DNA of 64,000 nucleotides. Origin: a bacterium (GTDB lineage: Bacteria > Patescibacteriota > Minisyncoccia > UBA6257 > WO2-44-18). The position numbers and the translations under genes are program-made. Shown piece by piece: positions 1 through 8,741 of the stretch (within the stretch, counting starts at the first letter, position 1; every line of letters begins with the position of its first letter). Under the pieces are notes generated by a model that was not told the origin of the DNA, did no database searches, and was given only the letters and a program-made list of their open reading frames with translations. The stretch spans positions 11,323 through 75,322 of the forward strand of contig JAUSKF010000005.1 of NCBI GenBank assembly GCA_030646995.1, written 5' to 3'.

Positions 1-1213
1 GGTTTCCGGTGTTGTCGAATTCCGTTTCTACGTCAAAAACGATCGTATCGGGCGTGTAGCCCTTTTTAAAAGCCGCTACGTAAGCGAAGGGTTTGATAGT
101 AGAACCCGGCTGTCGCAAGCCCTGAGCCGCGACGTTGAAATTCCCCTGCGCCTTGGTATCAAAATAATTTCTCGAGCCTACCAAGGCCAGAATTTGGCCG
201 GTGTTGGCATCCTGGGCAATCAAGGCTGCATTTTTTCCGGCGTACAACTCCTCATTCCTTTGTGCTCCCTCCTCGACGGCCTTTTCTGCCTGTTCCTGTA
301 ATTTCCAATCCAAAGAGGTAATCACTTCTAATCCGGCCGTTCGGACAAAGTCTTCACCATATTTATTATTCAGATAATCCTGGACCATAATCACGAAATG
401 AGGAGCTTTGATTGTCGTGAAGTTTGGTGAAAATTTAAATTTGAATTTTTGGGCCTTTTCTTTTTCCTCCTCGGTGATGAATCCGGACTCGACCATTTTT
501 TCCAGAACCGTATTTTTGCGCGCCAATAGTTCTTTTTCGTGGCTTCCATATGGAGAAAAATAAGAAGGCGCCTTCGGTAAACTCGCCAAAAGAGCCGCCT
601 CTGCCAGGTTCAGATCTTTGGCGTTTTTATCAAAAAAAGCTTTACTAGCCGCTTCGATGCCATAGGCATTTGATCCATAAGGAATTTGATTTAAATAAAG
701 ACTTAAAATTTCATCTTTAGTGTATTCTTTCTCAAGTTTAATAGACAAAAAAAGCTCTTTTATTTTTCTAGTGACCGTGCGGTCGTCGGTTAAGAAGGCT
801 TTTTTTACGAGCTGTTGGGTAATAGTGGAGCCGCCTTGGTCTATGCGCCCCTTGAGTAAATTTACCCCGAAGGCACGCAGGATTCCTTTCCAGTCTACTG
901 CTCCGTGGTTGTAGAAGTTGTCATCCTCGATGGAGATGGCTGCCTGCTTTGCATAGGCGGGGATCTCTTCGAATGGAATGATGGTGCGCTTCTCTTCTCC
1001 GTGTATTTCATAAAGCAATGTTTCTCCGGTACGGTCATATATCTTCGTAGATTCAGAAACCTGACGGCTGACTAGAATGTCCGTATCGGGTAAGTCTTTT
1101 ATAAGCAAAAAGAAATAAGCTAGGCCGACAAACAGCAGGCCGCCTATTACTGTCAATATATATCGGTAGTGTTTAAGAGGAAATTTGACTAAAAACTTTA
1201 AAAACTTCTTCAT
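1..1213 (-). CDS. Class A penicillin-binding protein (transglycosylase/transpeptidase), runs off window start
   Basis: Manual translation from ATG 1213: N-terminal TM, EDDNFYNH, GGSTITQQL, YLNQIPYG transglycosylase motifs and RQPGSTIK (SxxK). Confidence 0.93.
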   Translation of the reverse strand, partial: MKKFLKFLVKFPLKHYRYILTVIGGLLFVGLAYFFLLIKDLPDTDILVSRQVSESTKIYDRTGETLLYEIHGEEKRTIIPFEEIPAYAKQAAISIEDDNFYNHGAVDWKGILRAFGVNLLKGRIDQGGSTITQQLVKKAFLTDDRTVTRKIKELFLSIKLEKEYTKDEILSLYLNQIPYGSNAYGIEAASKAFFDKNAKDLNLAEAALLASLPKAPSYFSPYGSHEKELLARKNTVLEKMVESGFITEEEKEKAQKFKFKFSPNFTTIKAPHFVIMVQDYLNNKYGEDFVRTAGLEVITSLDWKLQEQAEKAVEEGAQRNEELYAGKNAALIAQDANTGQILALVGSRNYFDTKAQGNFNVAAQGLRQPGSTIKPFAYVAAFKKGYTPDTIVFDVETEFDNTGN

Positions 1214-1286
1214 ACTAGAGTATTTGAGCATTGCCTATATTATAACGTAAAACCCCCGAGTTCAACTCGAGGGCTTTACGTTAGGT

Positions 1287-1490
1287 TTAGAATTCGTCTT
1301 CTTTGGACAATTCTTCTTCCTTAAGCTTTTCCACACTTTCCGTTTTCTCTTCTCCTTCTTCGTCGTCATCAACTAACAAATCGTCTTTATCTCCATCGGC
1401 ATCGGCATCCTCTTCTTCATCCATCGGGTCGAGATCGTCCCCGGCCATATTTAAAAGATATTTTTCCTCTTCCATTGTTGATTTTTTCAT
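1287..1490 (-). CDS. Small highly acidic hypothetical protein
   Basis: 67-aa D/E-rich ORF followed by a hairpin at ~1250-1277. Confidence 0.6.
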   Translation of the reverse strand: MKKSTMEEEKYLLNMAGDDLDPMDEEEDADADGDKDDLLVDDDEEGEEKTESVEKLKEEELSKEDEF

Positions 1491-1544
1491 AGAGCGACCT
1501 TTGATATTTTTTTTACTAAATAATAAAAAAGATTATATATCGGT

Positions 1545-2033
1545 TTATTTTGCTGTCAACCCCCGCTCCAGCTTTTGATGACTGGCGGCAGTCAGGGCGA
1601 TGGCGATAGCATCTACCGCATCATCATAGCCTTTTAGCTCCGGTATTTTTAATATACTTTTCACCATTTTAGCCACACCCTGTTTGTCTATGAGGCCATT
1701 GCCGGCGACATTTGATTTAACTTCAGTCGGGCCATACTCAACAATCGGGATGTTTTTTGCTATTAAAGCCGCCAGTAATACTCCACGGGCCTGCGCTACT
1801 GCCATAGCGGTTTTTTGATTTTTAGCAAAGAAGATTTTTTCAATCGCCGCCAATTCCGGATTTGAGTCTTTGAGTAGTTTTTCGAATTTTTTTGAAAAAT
1901 TGGCTATTTTTTCTGTAAGAGTTTTTTCTCGGGCCTCGATTACTCCATAGTCAATCAGGCGAAGTCCGCCGGCCGTTTCGATCAAGCCGAACCCGATTCT
2001 GGAAGTTCCCGGGTCTATTCCTAATATGCGCAT
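1545..2033 (-). CDS. ruvC: Holliday junction resolvase RuvC
   Basis: MRILGIDPG, AIE, ARGV, DDAVDAIAIA motifs. Confidence 0.96.
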   Translation of the reverse strand: MRILGIDPGTSRIGFGLIETAGGLRLIDYGVIEAREKTLTEKIANFSKKFEKLLKDSNPELAAIEKIFFAKNQKTAMAVAQARGVLLAALIAKNIPIVEYGPTEVKSNVAGNGLIDKQGVAKMVKSILKIPELKGYDDAVDAIAIALTAASHQKLERGLTAK

Positions 2034-2043
2034 TAGTTTTTAA

Positions 2044-2580
2044 CTATAGCTGTTCGTTGGTCATAACGTTTTGAACGTCGTTATGTTCTCCGAGCGCTTC
2101 TTTAATAGATAGCAGTTTTGTTTTTCCCTCCGGAGTCATGGCTTGGGTGAATTTCGCCTTCCATTCTCCGTTTCCGCCAGCTGGCGGATCAAACGACCAC
2201 ATCACGCTTCCTTGGGTAGCCATTTTCGCTCCCTTCTCGTCGAGTAGGTGGCGGATTTCTGAAACAGTTCGATTGCTGTTATCGGTAATCGCCTCGATGA
2301 TTATTCCGACTCCTTCCGGACCATAAGCTTCAATTGTTACCTCGGTGAGATCTTTAGCCTCCGATGCTTTATTAATTGCTCTGTTGATATTGTCTAATGG
2401 CACATTTCCGGCTCTGGCTCGCTCAATAGCAGAACGAAGTTTGAGGTTGGTATCCGGATTCGGATCTAATTTAGCGTGCAGAGCAATCACTGCTAGCAGT
2501 TTAGAGTAGGAAAGACTTCTCTTCGCGTCTTGCTCCCCCTTTCTATCTTTTATCTGACTCCATTTATTATGGCCGGACAT
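2044..2580 (-). CDS. yebC: YebC/PmpR family protein (short 178-aa form)
   Basis: MSGHNKWSQIK, EAYGPEG, TDNSNRT, DVQNVMTN. Confidence 0.95.
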   Translation of the reverse strand: MSGHNKWSQIKDRKGEQDAKRSLSYSKLLAVIALHAKLDPNPDTNLKLRSAIERARAGNVPLDNINRAINKASEAKDLTEVTIEAYGPEGVGIIIEAITDNSNRTVSEIRHLLDEKGAKMATQGSVMWSFDPPAGGNGEWKAKFTQAMTPEGKTKLLSIKEALGEHNDVQNVMTNEQL

Positions 2581-2622
2581 GTCTTGATTCTAAAGATTAG
2601 CAGCCCGTTGGGCAAGGTTAAA

Positions 2623-2740
2623 GTAATCCTACGCTACGCCCGGTGCCAAAATATTTTGGCACCGGGCTACGCTCAGGATTGCTACTGCTAACCAAATTTT
2701 CTGCTTCTTTGAATTGAAAATTTGGAGCAGTAGGTAAAAA
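2623..2740. repeat. Dispersed ~118-bp two-hairpin element, copy 1
   Basis: Near-identical reverse complement at 36180-36297; contains perfect palindrome CCCGGTGCCAAAATATTTTGGCACCGGG. Confidence 0.9.
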
Positions 2741-2767
2741 AAGCCCCACGCTTTCGCGTGGGGGGCT
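2736..2767 (-). terminator. Intrinsic terminator of 2778-3284
   Basis: GC stem AGCCCC(C)CACGC/GCGTGGGGCT followed by T-run on - strand. Confidence 0.8.
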
Positions 2768-2777
2768 GTGTTTTCTG

Positions 2778-3284
2778 TTAGGTCGGGATCGGCCCTTCGG
2801 AGCGTACCCTCGGAACGCTCGAGGCCCTGGTAGGCAGAGCAGTGGGAGCGATTGGTATCTCCACTAGTTCTGCAATCAGCACTCCCAAGCTCTGTTGGGC
2901 CTGAACGTCTGGCTGACGTACCGCCGGTGGCCGGGTGGCGAACTTCGACGTCTCTCGCTCGCCGGGTTTCTTCGAATCGGACTCGGAGATTTTCTTTGGC
3001 TCGAACTTCTGACTCGGCCGTTCGATGTGACTCCCCACGAAAGAAAAGGCAATCGTGATGGTCACATCTACCCGAGATTTTTCCGGGTTGTAGCACTGAC
3101 TCTGTGCGAGGGAGAGGATCCGGAATCCATCCTTTTTCGTGACCTCGCCGGCCATGAACTGTTCCATAGCGTCCTGAATCGTACCAGAGAGCTGACTCTT
3201 CACGATACTCGCTCCCTTTCCGGAAATGGCCAACTCCGAGATGCCGACCAACGTGACGATGTCGTGAACGATGACGTCTTGCAT
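2778..3284 (-). CDS. Orphan hypothetical protein
   Basis: 168-aa ORF, AAGGAG SD upstream, terminator downstream. Confidence 0.7.
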   Translation of the reverse strand: MQDVIVHDIVTLVGISELAISGKGASIVKSQLSGTIQDAMEQFMAGEVTKKDGFRILSLAQSQCYNPEKSRVDVTITIAFSFVGSHIERPSQKFEPKKISESDSKKPGERETSKFATRPPAVRQPDVQAQQSLGVLIAELVEIPIAPTALPTRASSVPRVRSEGPIPT

Positions 3285-3342
3285 AAGCTACTCCTTGACT
3301 GGGGGGGGGTGTTTTTTCCGGAAGCGTTGTGCTTCCGGAAGA

Positions 3343-3403
3343 TGGCCGAGGTGGGAGTTGAACTTGCTTACCGCAGGCAGGCCCACAAAGGCTTAAGTCT
3401 CCG
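3343..3403 (-). pseudogene. Possible degenerate tRNA(-Leu-like) 3' remnant with inserted palindrome
   Basis: GTGGG[CCTGCCTGCGGTAAGCAA]GTTCAACTCCCAC-CTCGGCCA resembles T-arm plus acceptor strand; GAGACTTAAG upstream. Confidence 0.35.
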
Positions 3404-3811
3404 TCATTTTCTTGCCTGCAAGTCGCGGGTATTAATCACCCACGTCTCACAGTCCGCCTGGTATTTTTCCAGAGAGAATGAAGATTCGGTCACACCGATC
3501 ATTTTGTCGTCGACGTCGTACGCCTTAACGACCGCACAGTATTCTTTCCGGTTATCCGAAAAATTGCGGGCACTGAAGGAAAAATCCTGTCCCGGAAGCA
3601 CGTAGACATAATCTCCAGCTTCATTCTTTCTGTTGATGATTTTTCCGTTCAACAGAATGACGAAGCGGGCGTCTGCCGTGTTGTTCACGACGGTCCAATT
3701 GGTGGCCGTCGCCGAGAAGATTGACCATCCACCAATCTTTCCGGTGATGGTTCCACAGCCACACAAAAAGTAGGGCACAATCATCAGTAGAACCGAGAGA
3801 ATCTTTCCCAC
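3404..3811 (-). CDS. Orphan putative lipoprotein (probable GTG start 3811)
   Basis: GAGG SD before GTG; signal ending LCGC (lipobox-like); TTGACA-17-TATATT promoter at 3900-3872. Confidence 0.7.
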   Translation of the reverse strand: MGKILSVLLMIVPYFLCGCGTITGKIGGWSIFSATATNWTVVNNTADARFVILLNGKIINRKNEAGDYVYVLPGQDFSFSARNFSDNRKEYCAVVKAYDVDDKMIGVTESSFSLEKYQADCETWVINTRDLQARK

Positions 3812-3954
3812 GTGACACCTCTTAAAATTGGGTTGTTTTTGCCTCTTTTTCAAAGACCTAATAACTGCGTTAATATAGCATATATTAACCGGCATGTCAA
3901 TAAGGGCAGAACCCCTAGTTTACAGGGACTTATTTTGAGAATATTCTGAAATTA

Positions 3955-5628
3955 ATGGTGGAGGCGTTAAAAACTTTGGATGAACAGCTTTTAAAAATAC
4001 GGCGGGAAGCCGAAGAAAGAGACGCGCAAAATCGGGCCTCATCTGTGGGGTTGCCATATCTTAATTTAGCCACCGCTCCCGTACAAATAGACGCCCTTAA
4101 AATAGTTAAAGAAGAAGAGGCGCGCCGCTTATTAGTGGCCCCTTTTCAATTAAAAGAGGGAGAGGTGGCTTTGGCGGTTTTTGACCCGAAGGCGGCAGGA
4201 GTGGCGGATTTATTAAAAAGACTGGAGGATGCCGGCAGGAAGGCGAAGCTGTTTTTGGCATCAGCGAGCGGGTTGAATCACGTTTGGAGTTTTTATAAAT
4301 TTCTTCCTCCGGAAACTGATGAAATTACCGGCAAAGTTGCTATTGAGGCGAGTAGGGTTGCCGAACTGAAGCAGAAATTGACCGACCTTGAAAAGATTAA
4401 AACAGAGATTGCGACTTTTGATTTTAAAACTTTTCCGACCGGGCTCATTTTGGAAGTAGTGCTCGCCGGAGCTCTAAATAACCGAGTCTCTGATATTCAC
4501 TTTGAGTCCGAAGAGAAGGGGGTGCGCCTCCGTTTCCGAATCGACGGACTTTTGCATGATGTCATCCCGGATCTCCCCACCAGCATTTACAAATTTTTAG
4601 TTTCCCGAATTAAACTGCTTTCCAATTTAAAACTTAACGTGACGAATACTCCGCAAGACGGCCGCTTTACTATCGGGTTAGAAAGCGTGGATGTTGAAAT
4701 GCGTGTTTCCATTATTCCTTCAGAATTTGGCGAAACGATTGTAATGCGTATTTTAGACCCTTCGGCCATCAGGCTTACGCTCGCTCAATTGGGTTTGCGT
4801 AAAGATGATTTGGTAATCATTCAGGAAGAGTTAAAGAAACCCAATGGAATGGTGCTTAATACCGGACCGACCGGTTCAGGCAAAACCACGACTCTCTACG
4901 CCTTCTTGCTTAGCAAGCTTTCCAGCGGGACAAAGATGATTACTATCGAAGATCCTATCGAATACCACCTGCAGGGAGTGGAACAGACCCAAGTGGACGC
5001 GGACGCCGGTTATGACTTCGCCTCCGGCTTGCGCTCCATTATGCGCCAAGACCCGGACGTCATTTTAGTTGGTGAGGTGCGCGACAAAGAAACCGGTGAC
5101 ATTGCCGTCCAAGCCGCTCTGACCGGTCACTTAGTTTTCTCGACTCTGCATGCCAACTCTGCCGCCGGCGCCATCCCTCGGTTTCTAGATCTTGGCGTAA
5201 AAACAGCCAGCTTAGGCCCTGCTCTGTCCTTAGTAATCGCTCAACGGTTAGTCCGGCAGCTTTGTGAGTTCTGTAAGATAGCGGAAAAACCATCTGCCGA
5301 AATAGAGAGCAAACTAAAGCACTTTTTTACGTCCTTGCCGAAAAGAGTAGATAGGAAGGACTACGAAAAAATAAAGATATTTAAACCGAAAGGCTGCCTG
5401 AAGTGTGTAGGAATCGGCTATAAAGGCCGCGTGGCGGTCATGGAGTTGCTTTTGGTGGACGAGGGCTTGGAGGAAATAATCAATCCGGAGATCGGCGAGG
5501 CCGCAATCCAGCATTACGCAATCAAACAGGGAATGGTAACAATGCAACAGGATGGAGTTCTAAAAACTATCTCTGGAATCACGACTTTCGATGAAGTGGA
5601 GGGTGTTACCGGACCGATTAAGTGGTAG
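3955..5628 (+). CDS. pilB: GspE/PilB type IV pilus assembly ATPase
   Basis: SDIHFE, PQDGR, GPTGSGKTTT, TIEDPIE, RQDPDVILVGE, TGHLVFSTLH, CxxC pairs. Confidence 0.93.
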   Translation: MVEALKTLDEQLLKIRREAEERDAQNRASSVGLPYLNLATAPVQIDALKIVKEEEARRLLVAPFQLKEGEVALAVFDPKAAGVADLLKRLEDAGRKAKLFLASASGLNHVWSFYKFLPPETDEITGKVAIEASRVAELKQKLTDLEKIKTEIATFDFKTFPTGLILEVVLAGALNNRVSDIHFESEEKGVRLRFRIDGLLHDVIPDLPTSIYKFLVSRIKLLSNLKLNVTNTPQDGRFTIGLESVDVEMRVSIIPSEFGETIVMRILDPSAIRLTLAQLGLRKDDLVIIQEELKKPNGMVLNTGPTGSGKTTTLYAFLLSKLSSGTKMITIEDPIEYHLQGVEQTQVDADAGYDFASGLRSIMRQDPDVILVGEVRDKETGDIAVQAALTGHLVFSTLHANSAAGAIPRFLDLGVKTASLGPALSLVIAQRLVRQLCEFCKIAEKPSAEIESKLKHFFTSLPKRVDRKDYEKIKIFKPKGCLKCVGIGYKGRVAVMELLLVDEGLEEIINPEIGEAAIQHYAIKQGMVTMQQDGVLKTISGITTFDEVEGVTGPIKW

Positions 5629-5640
5629 CGCGCATATTAA

Positions 5641-5843
5641 CAAAAACCAGCGGCTATTCCGCTGGTTAATGAGTTGAAGACATTGATCTGTGGGCAAATC
5701 CCGAGGTAAGTCGGGAGATATATAAAGGCTTTTCTGAATAAATTCAGGAAAGGTTAGAATCCTCTCGAGGAGAAGTTCAGCCGAAGCCAAACCATCCAAT
5801 ATGCTAAAGAAAATTCCCGCCCACAGATCAATATTTTCAACTC
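5641..5843 (-). ncRNA. Candidate ~200-nt rod-shaped ncRNA (6S-like?)
   Basis: TTGACA(5877-5872)-17-TAGAAT(5854-5849) promoter, ~30-bp closing stem 5843/5671, intrinsic terminator 5641-5667. Confidence 0.6.
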
Positions 5844-5934
5844 CAGCCATTCTAGCACAAAGAAATCCGTTTGTCAATGGCTTAGTAGCGTACAGGGAGA
5901 AATAGTATAATATAGTAGAAATTGGTCAAGCCCT

Positions 5935-6933
5935 ATGGAAAACAAATTGCCGACTGAAGAATTTACAGTTGATTCTATTTTACGCCCGACCAGCTGGGGG
6001 GATTATGTTGGGCAGGAAAAAACGAAGCAAAACTTAAGAATTATCCTTGAGGCCGCTAAAAAACGCGACGAAGCCTGCGACCACCTTCTTTTTTATGGGC
6101 AGGCCGGACTAGGGAAAACCACGCTGGCGCATCTGGTTGCGAAAGAGTTGGGAGCGAATATAAAAATCACCTCCGGGCCGGCTTTGGAGAAAATGGGAGA
6201 CTTGGCGGCCGTGCTTACTAACCTCGAAAGGAACGATGTTCTATTTATCGATGAAGCGCATCGGCTGAATAAATCTATTGAGGAGGTTTTGTATCCGGCG
6301 ATGGAGGCCCGCAAGCTTCATTTAATAGTCGGTAAAGGGCCGGCCGCGAGGATGCTTAGTTTGGACCTTCCTCCGTTCACTTTGATTGCCGCTACCACCA
6401 GACCTAGTCTGCTTTCGGGGCCTCTCCGCTCCCGTTTCGGCGCGTCCTTCAAGTTGGACTATTACGAAATGCCGGATATAGAAGAAATTATTAAACGTTC
6501 GGCAAAGGTTCTGAATTTGAATATCGATGCGGAGGCGGTTCGGATGATTGCCGTTGCTTCTCGTTTCACCCCACGCGTAGCCAATCGGTTATTGAAGCGT
6601 GTCCGGGATTATTCCGAAGTGCACTCCGTGCCGGTGATCGATAAGGAGGTAGCAAAGAAAACTTTAAATATGCTGGAGATTGATGAACTGGGCTTGGAGC
6701 CGCAAGACCGCCGTCTTTTGGAAACAATTATCAAAAAATTCAATGGCGGTCCCGTTGGCGCGGCAACTTTGGCGGCGGCTCTTAATGATGACCGCGGCAA
6801 CGTAGAAGATGTTTACGAGCCTTACTTAATGAGTGTGGGATTATTGGCGCGCACTCCCGCTGGCCGCGTAGTCACCGCCGAGGCCTATAAGCATTTGGGT
6901 ATTTCTGTGCCGGCTTCTTTACTTGAGTCATGA
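5935..6933 (+). CDS. ruvB: Holliday junction branch migration helicase RuvB
   Basis: LRP, GQAGLGKTTLA, LFIDEAHRL, PFTLIAATTR, PRVANRLL, YEPYL. Confidence 0.97.
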   Translation: MENKLPTEEFTVDSILRPTSWGDYVGQEKTKQNLRIILEAAKKRDEACDHLLFYGQAGLGKTTLAHLVAKELGANIKITSGPALEKMGDLAAVLTNLERNDVLFIDEAHRLNKSIEEVLYPAMEARKLHLIVGKGPAARMLSLDLPPFTLIAATTRPSLLSGPLRSRFGASFKLDYYEMPDIEEIIKRSAKVLNLNIDAEAVRMIAVASRFTPRVANRLLKRVRDYSEVHSVPVIDKEVAKKTLNMLEIDELGLEPQDRRLLETIIKKFNGGPVGAATLAAALNDDRGNVEDVYEPYLMSVGLLARTPAGRVVTAEAYKHLGISVPASLLES

Positions 6934-7382
6934 GAATTGTTTCTAAAAAATTATCCGACACTCATCAGCTGGCCGAGAAGATTGCTAAGGATATATTGAA
7001 ATCTGGCCCGCACAAAGACCATGCTCGCGTGGTGGCATTAGTTGGAGATTTGGGCGCGGGTAAGACGGCCTTCGCGCAGGGATTTGCTAAGGCGCTCGGT
7101 ATCAAACGGCGCTTACCTAGTCCGACGTTTTTAATTTTCCGGAAATACCCGTTAGAAGTTGTTGGTTATAAGTTTCTATATCACGTTGATGTTTACCGAT
7201 TGTCTGACGCAGGAGAGTTGGATGTATTGGATTTCGATAAGATTTTAGCCGACCCGACTAATATTGTGTTGGTGGAGTGGGCCGACAAGATAAAAAATAT
7301 CTTGCCGAGAGATTCCGTTTGGGTTTATTTCGTTCACGGCAAGAAAGAGAACGAAAGAACGATTGCAATAAGAAATAAATAG
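6930..7382 (+). CDS. tsaE: tRNA threonylcarbamoyladenosine ATPase TsaE
   Basis: GDLGAGKT, SPTF, HVDVYRL, VEWAD. Confidence 0.95.
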   Translation: MRIVSKKLSDTHQLAEKIAKDILKSGPHKDHARVVALVGDLGAGKTAFAQGFAKALGIKRRLPSPTFLIFRKYPLEVVGYKFLYHVDVYRLSDAGELDVLDFDKILADPTNIVLVEWADKIKNILPRDSVWVYFVHGKKENERTIAIRNK

Positions 7383-7404
7383 TTATAACCTCGAATTAGT
7401 TCTA

Positions 7405-7833
7405 GTGAGCGCGACTCCTATGCTAGCCATCGTCGTCCTTGGGCTAGCGCTGATCGCGCTATGCCTAGTACTCATCTTTTTGACGTTCGTTGGTGGAAGC
7501 TCCCGAGTGCTTTTTGAGGGGGTGCTGGACTTCGTTGAGACAGAGGACCTTTTTGGAAAGAATCCGCGGACCCGTTACTTTTTTTCGACGTATTTTGCCG
7601 AACCTTTGCGTAGTGATGGGCGGCTACTGGCGGCAACGTACTCCTGTGTCCTGCCCCTGGGGATTCAGAACGACTCCGGCGCTTACATTCCGAGAGAAGG
7701 CCATAATATCAAGATCTTGGTTCGTTGGAATATTTTTGGGGAGCCGACGAGTTTTAAAATAGAACGGTTGCCGGATCTCAACCCGGACGATTTGTATCAG
7801 CTATCGCAATCGATAGATGCCGGCCTTGATTAA
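7405..7833 (+). CDS. Orphan membrane-anchored hypothetical protein
   Basis: N-terminal hydrophobic helix; terminator hairpin overlapping stop (7817-7850). Confidence 0.6.
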   Translation: MSATPMLAIVVLGLALIALCLVLIFLTFVGGSSRVLFEGVLDFVETEDLFGKNPRTRYFFSTYFAEPLRSDGRLLAATYSCVLPLGIQNDSGAYIPREGHNIKILVRWNIFGEPTSFKIERLPDLNPDDLYQLSQSIDAGLD

Positions 7834-7874
7834 AGGTCGGCATTTCTTTGTGTTTTCGGTTATAATTTAACCAA

Positions 7875-8741
7875 ATGAAAACCCTTCTTCTTATTGATTC
7901 CAACGCGCTCATACATCGATTTTTTCACGCCCTCCCGCCGTTCACCGCACCGGACGGTTCACCGACTAATGCAGTCTATGGCTTGTCTAATACTCTTTTC
8001 AAAATTATCACCGAGCAGAAGCCGGATTATATCGCCGCATCTCTAGATACCCCAGAGCCGACTTTCCGCGATAAGGAGTATGCCGAATACAAAGCCGGGC
8101 GAGCCGAGACTTCTTCTGATTTAATCCCGCAGTTAAAAAAGGCGCCCTTGGTTTATGAAGTTTTTGGCGTCCGCTCTTTTGCCATCCCCGGTTTTGAGGC
8201 CGACGACTTAATCGGTTCGTTTGTAGAAATGTTTAAAGACGAGCCCGATTTAAAAATTGTGATTCTTTCCGGCGATCGTGACGTGCTTCAGCTGGTGGAA
8301 GGCGAGAAAGTTGTTGGTCAGCTTTTCAAAACAGGAATTACCGAAACCGTTATCTACGACGAAAAAGCGGTCATAGAAAAATTCGGTATCGGACCCAAGC
8401 AGTTGCCGGACTATAAGGGATTTGTGGGGGATCAATCCGATAATATCAAAGGCGTCGCGGGAGTGGGCCCGAAGACAGCGGAAATTTTGTTGAAAGAATT
8501 TAAAACCATTGAAGAGGTTTATGAAAACATTTCTATTATCACTCCTAAAATCGCAAAAAAAATTGAAGGCAAAAAAGAGGAAGCCATATTCTCCCGCCGC
8601 CTAGCGACTATCCGTCGCGACGCCCCTGTTGGCGTGAGCGACTTGGAATCTTTAAAAGTTCCCGCTTTGGATAAAGTAAAGCTAAAAACCTTTTTCCAGT
8701 CACTTGGGTTTAAAAGTCTTATTGAGAAGCTAGAAAAATGA
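7875..8741 (+). CDS. 5'-3' exonuclease (PolA N-terminal domain as separate gene)
   Basis: LLLID, PTNAVYG, FRDKEYAEYKAGR, EADDLIG, SGDRD, GDQSDNIKGVAGVGPKTA. Confidence 0.94.
   Translation: MKTLLLIDSNALIHRFFHALPPFTAPDGSPTNAVYGLSNTLFKIITEQKPDYIAASLDTPEPTFRDKEYAEYKAGRAETSSDLIPQLKKAPLVYEVFGVRSFAIPGFEADDLIGSFVEMFKDEPDLKIVILSGDRDVLQLVEGEKVVGQLFKTGITETVIYDEKAVIEKFGIGPKQLPDYKGFVGDQSDNIKGVAGVGPKTAEILLKEFKTIEEVYENISIITPKIAKKIEGKKEEAIFSRRLATIRRDAPVGVSDLESLKVPALDKVKLKTFFQSLGFKSLIEKLEK

Noticed and set aside
2623-2740. Canonical integron attC site
   Set aside because: No RYYYAAC...GTTRRRY boxes and no intI in the window
2895-3605. 236-aa + strand ORF and similar shadow ORFs (13989-14546, 50785-51399, 56558-57229, 59893-60723)
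   Set aside because: Antisense to better-supported genes that have SD, promoter or recognised motifs
5560-5877. 105-aa ORF
   Set aside because: It starts inside the -35 box, runs through a terminator and overlaps pilB; an ncRNA explains the region better
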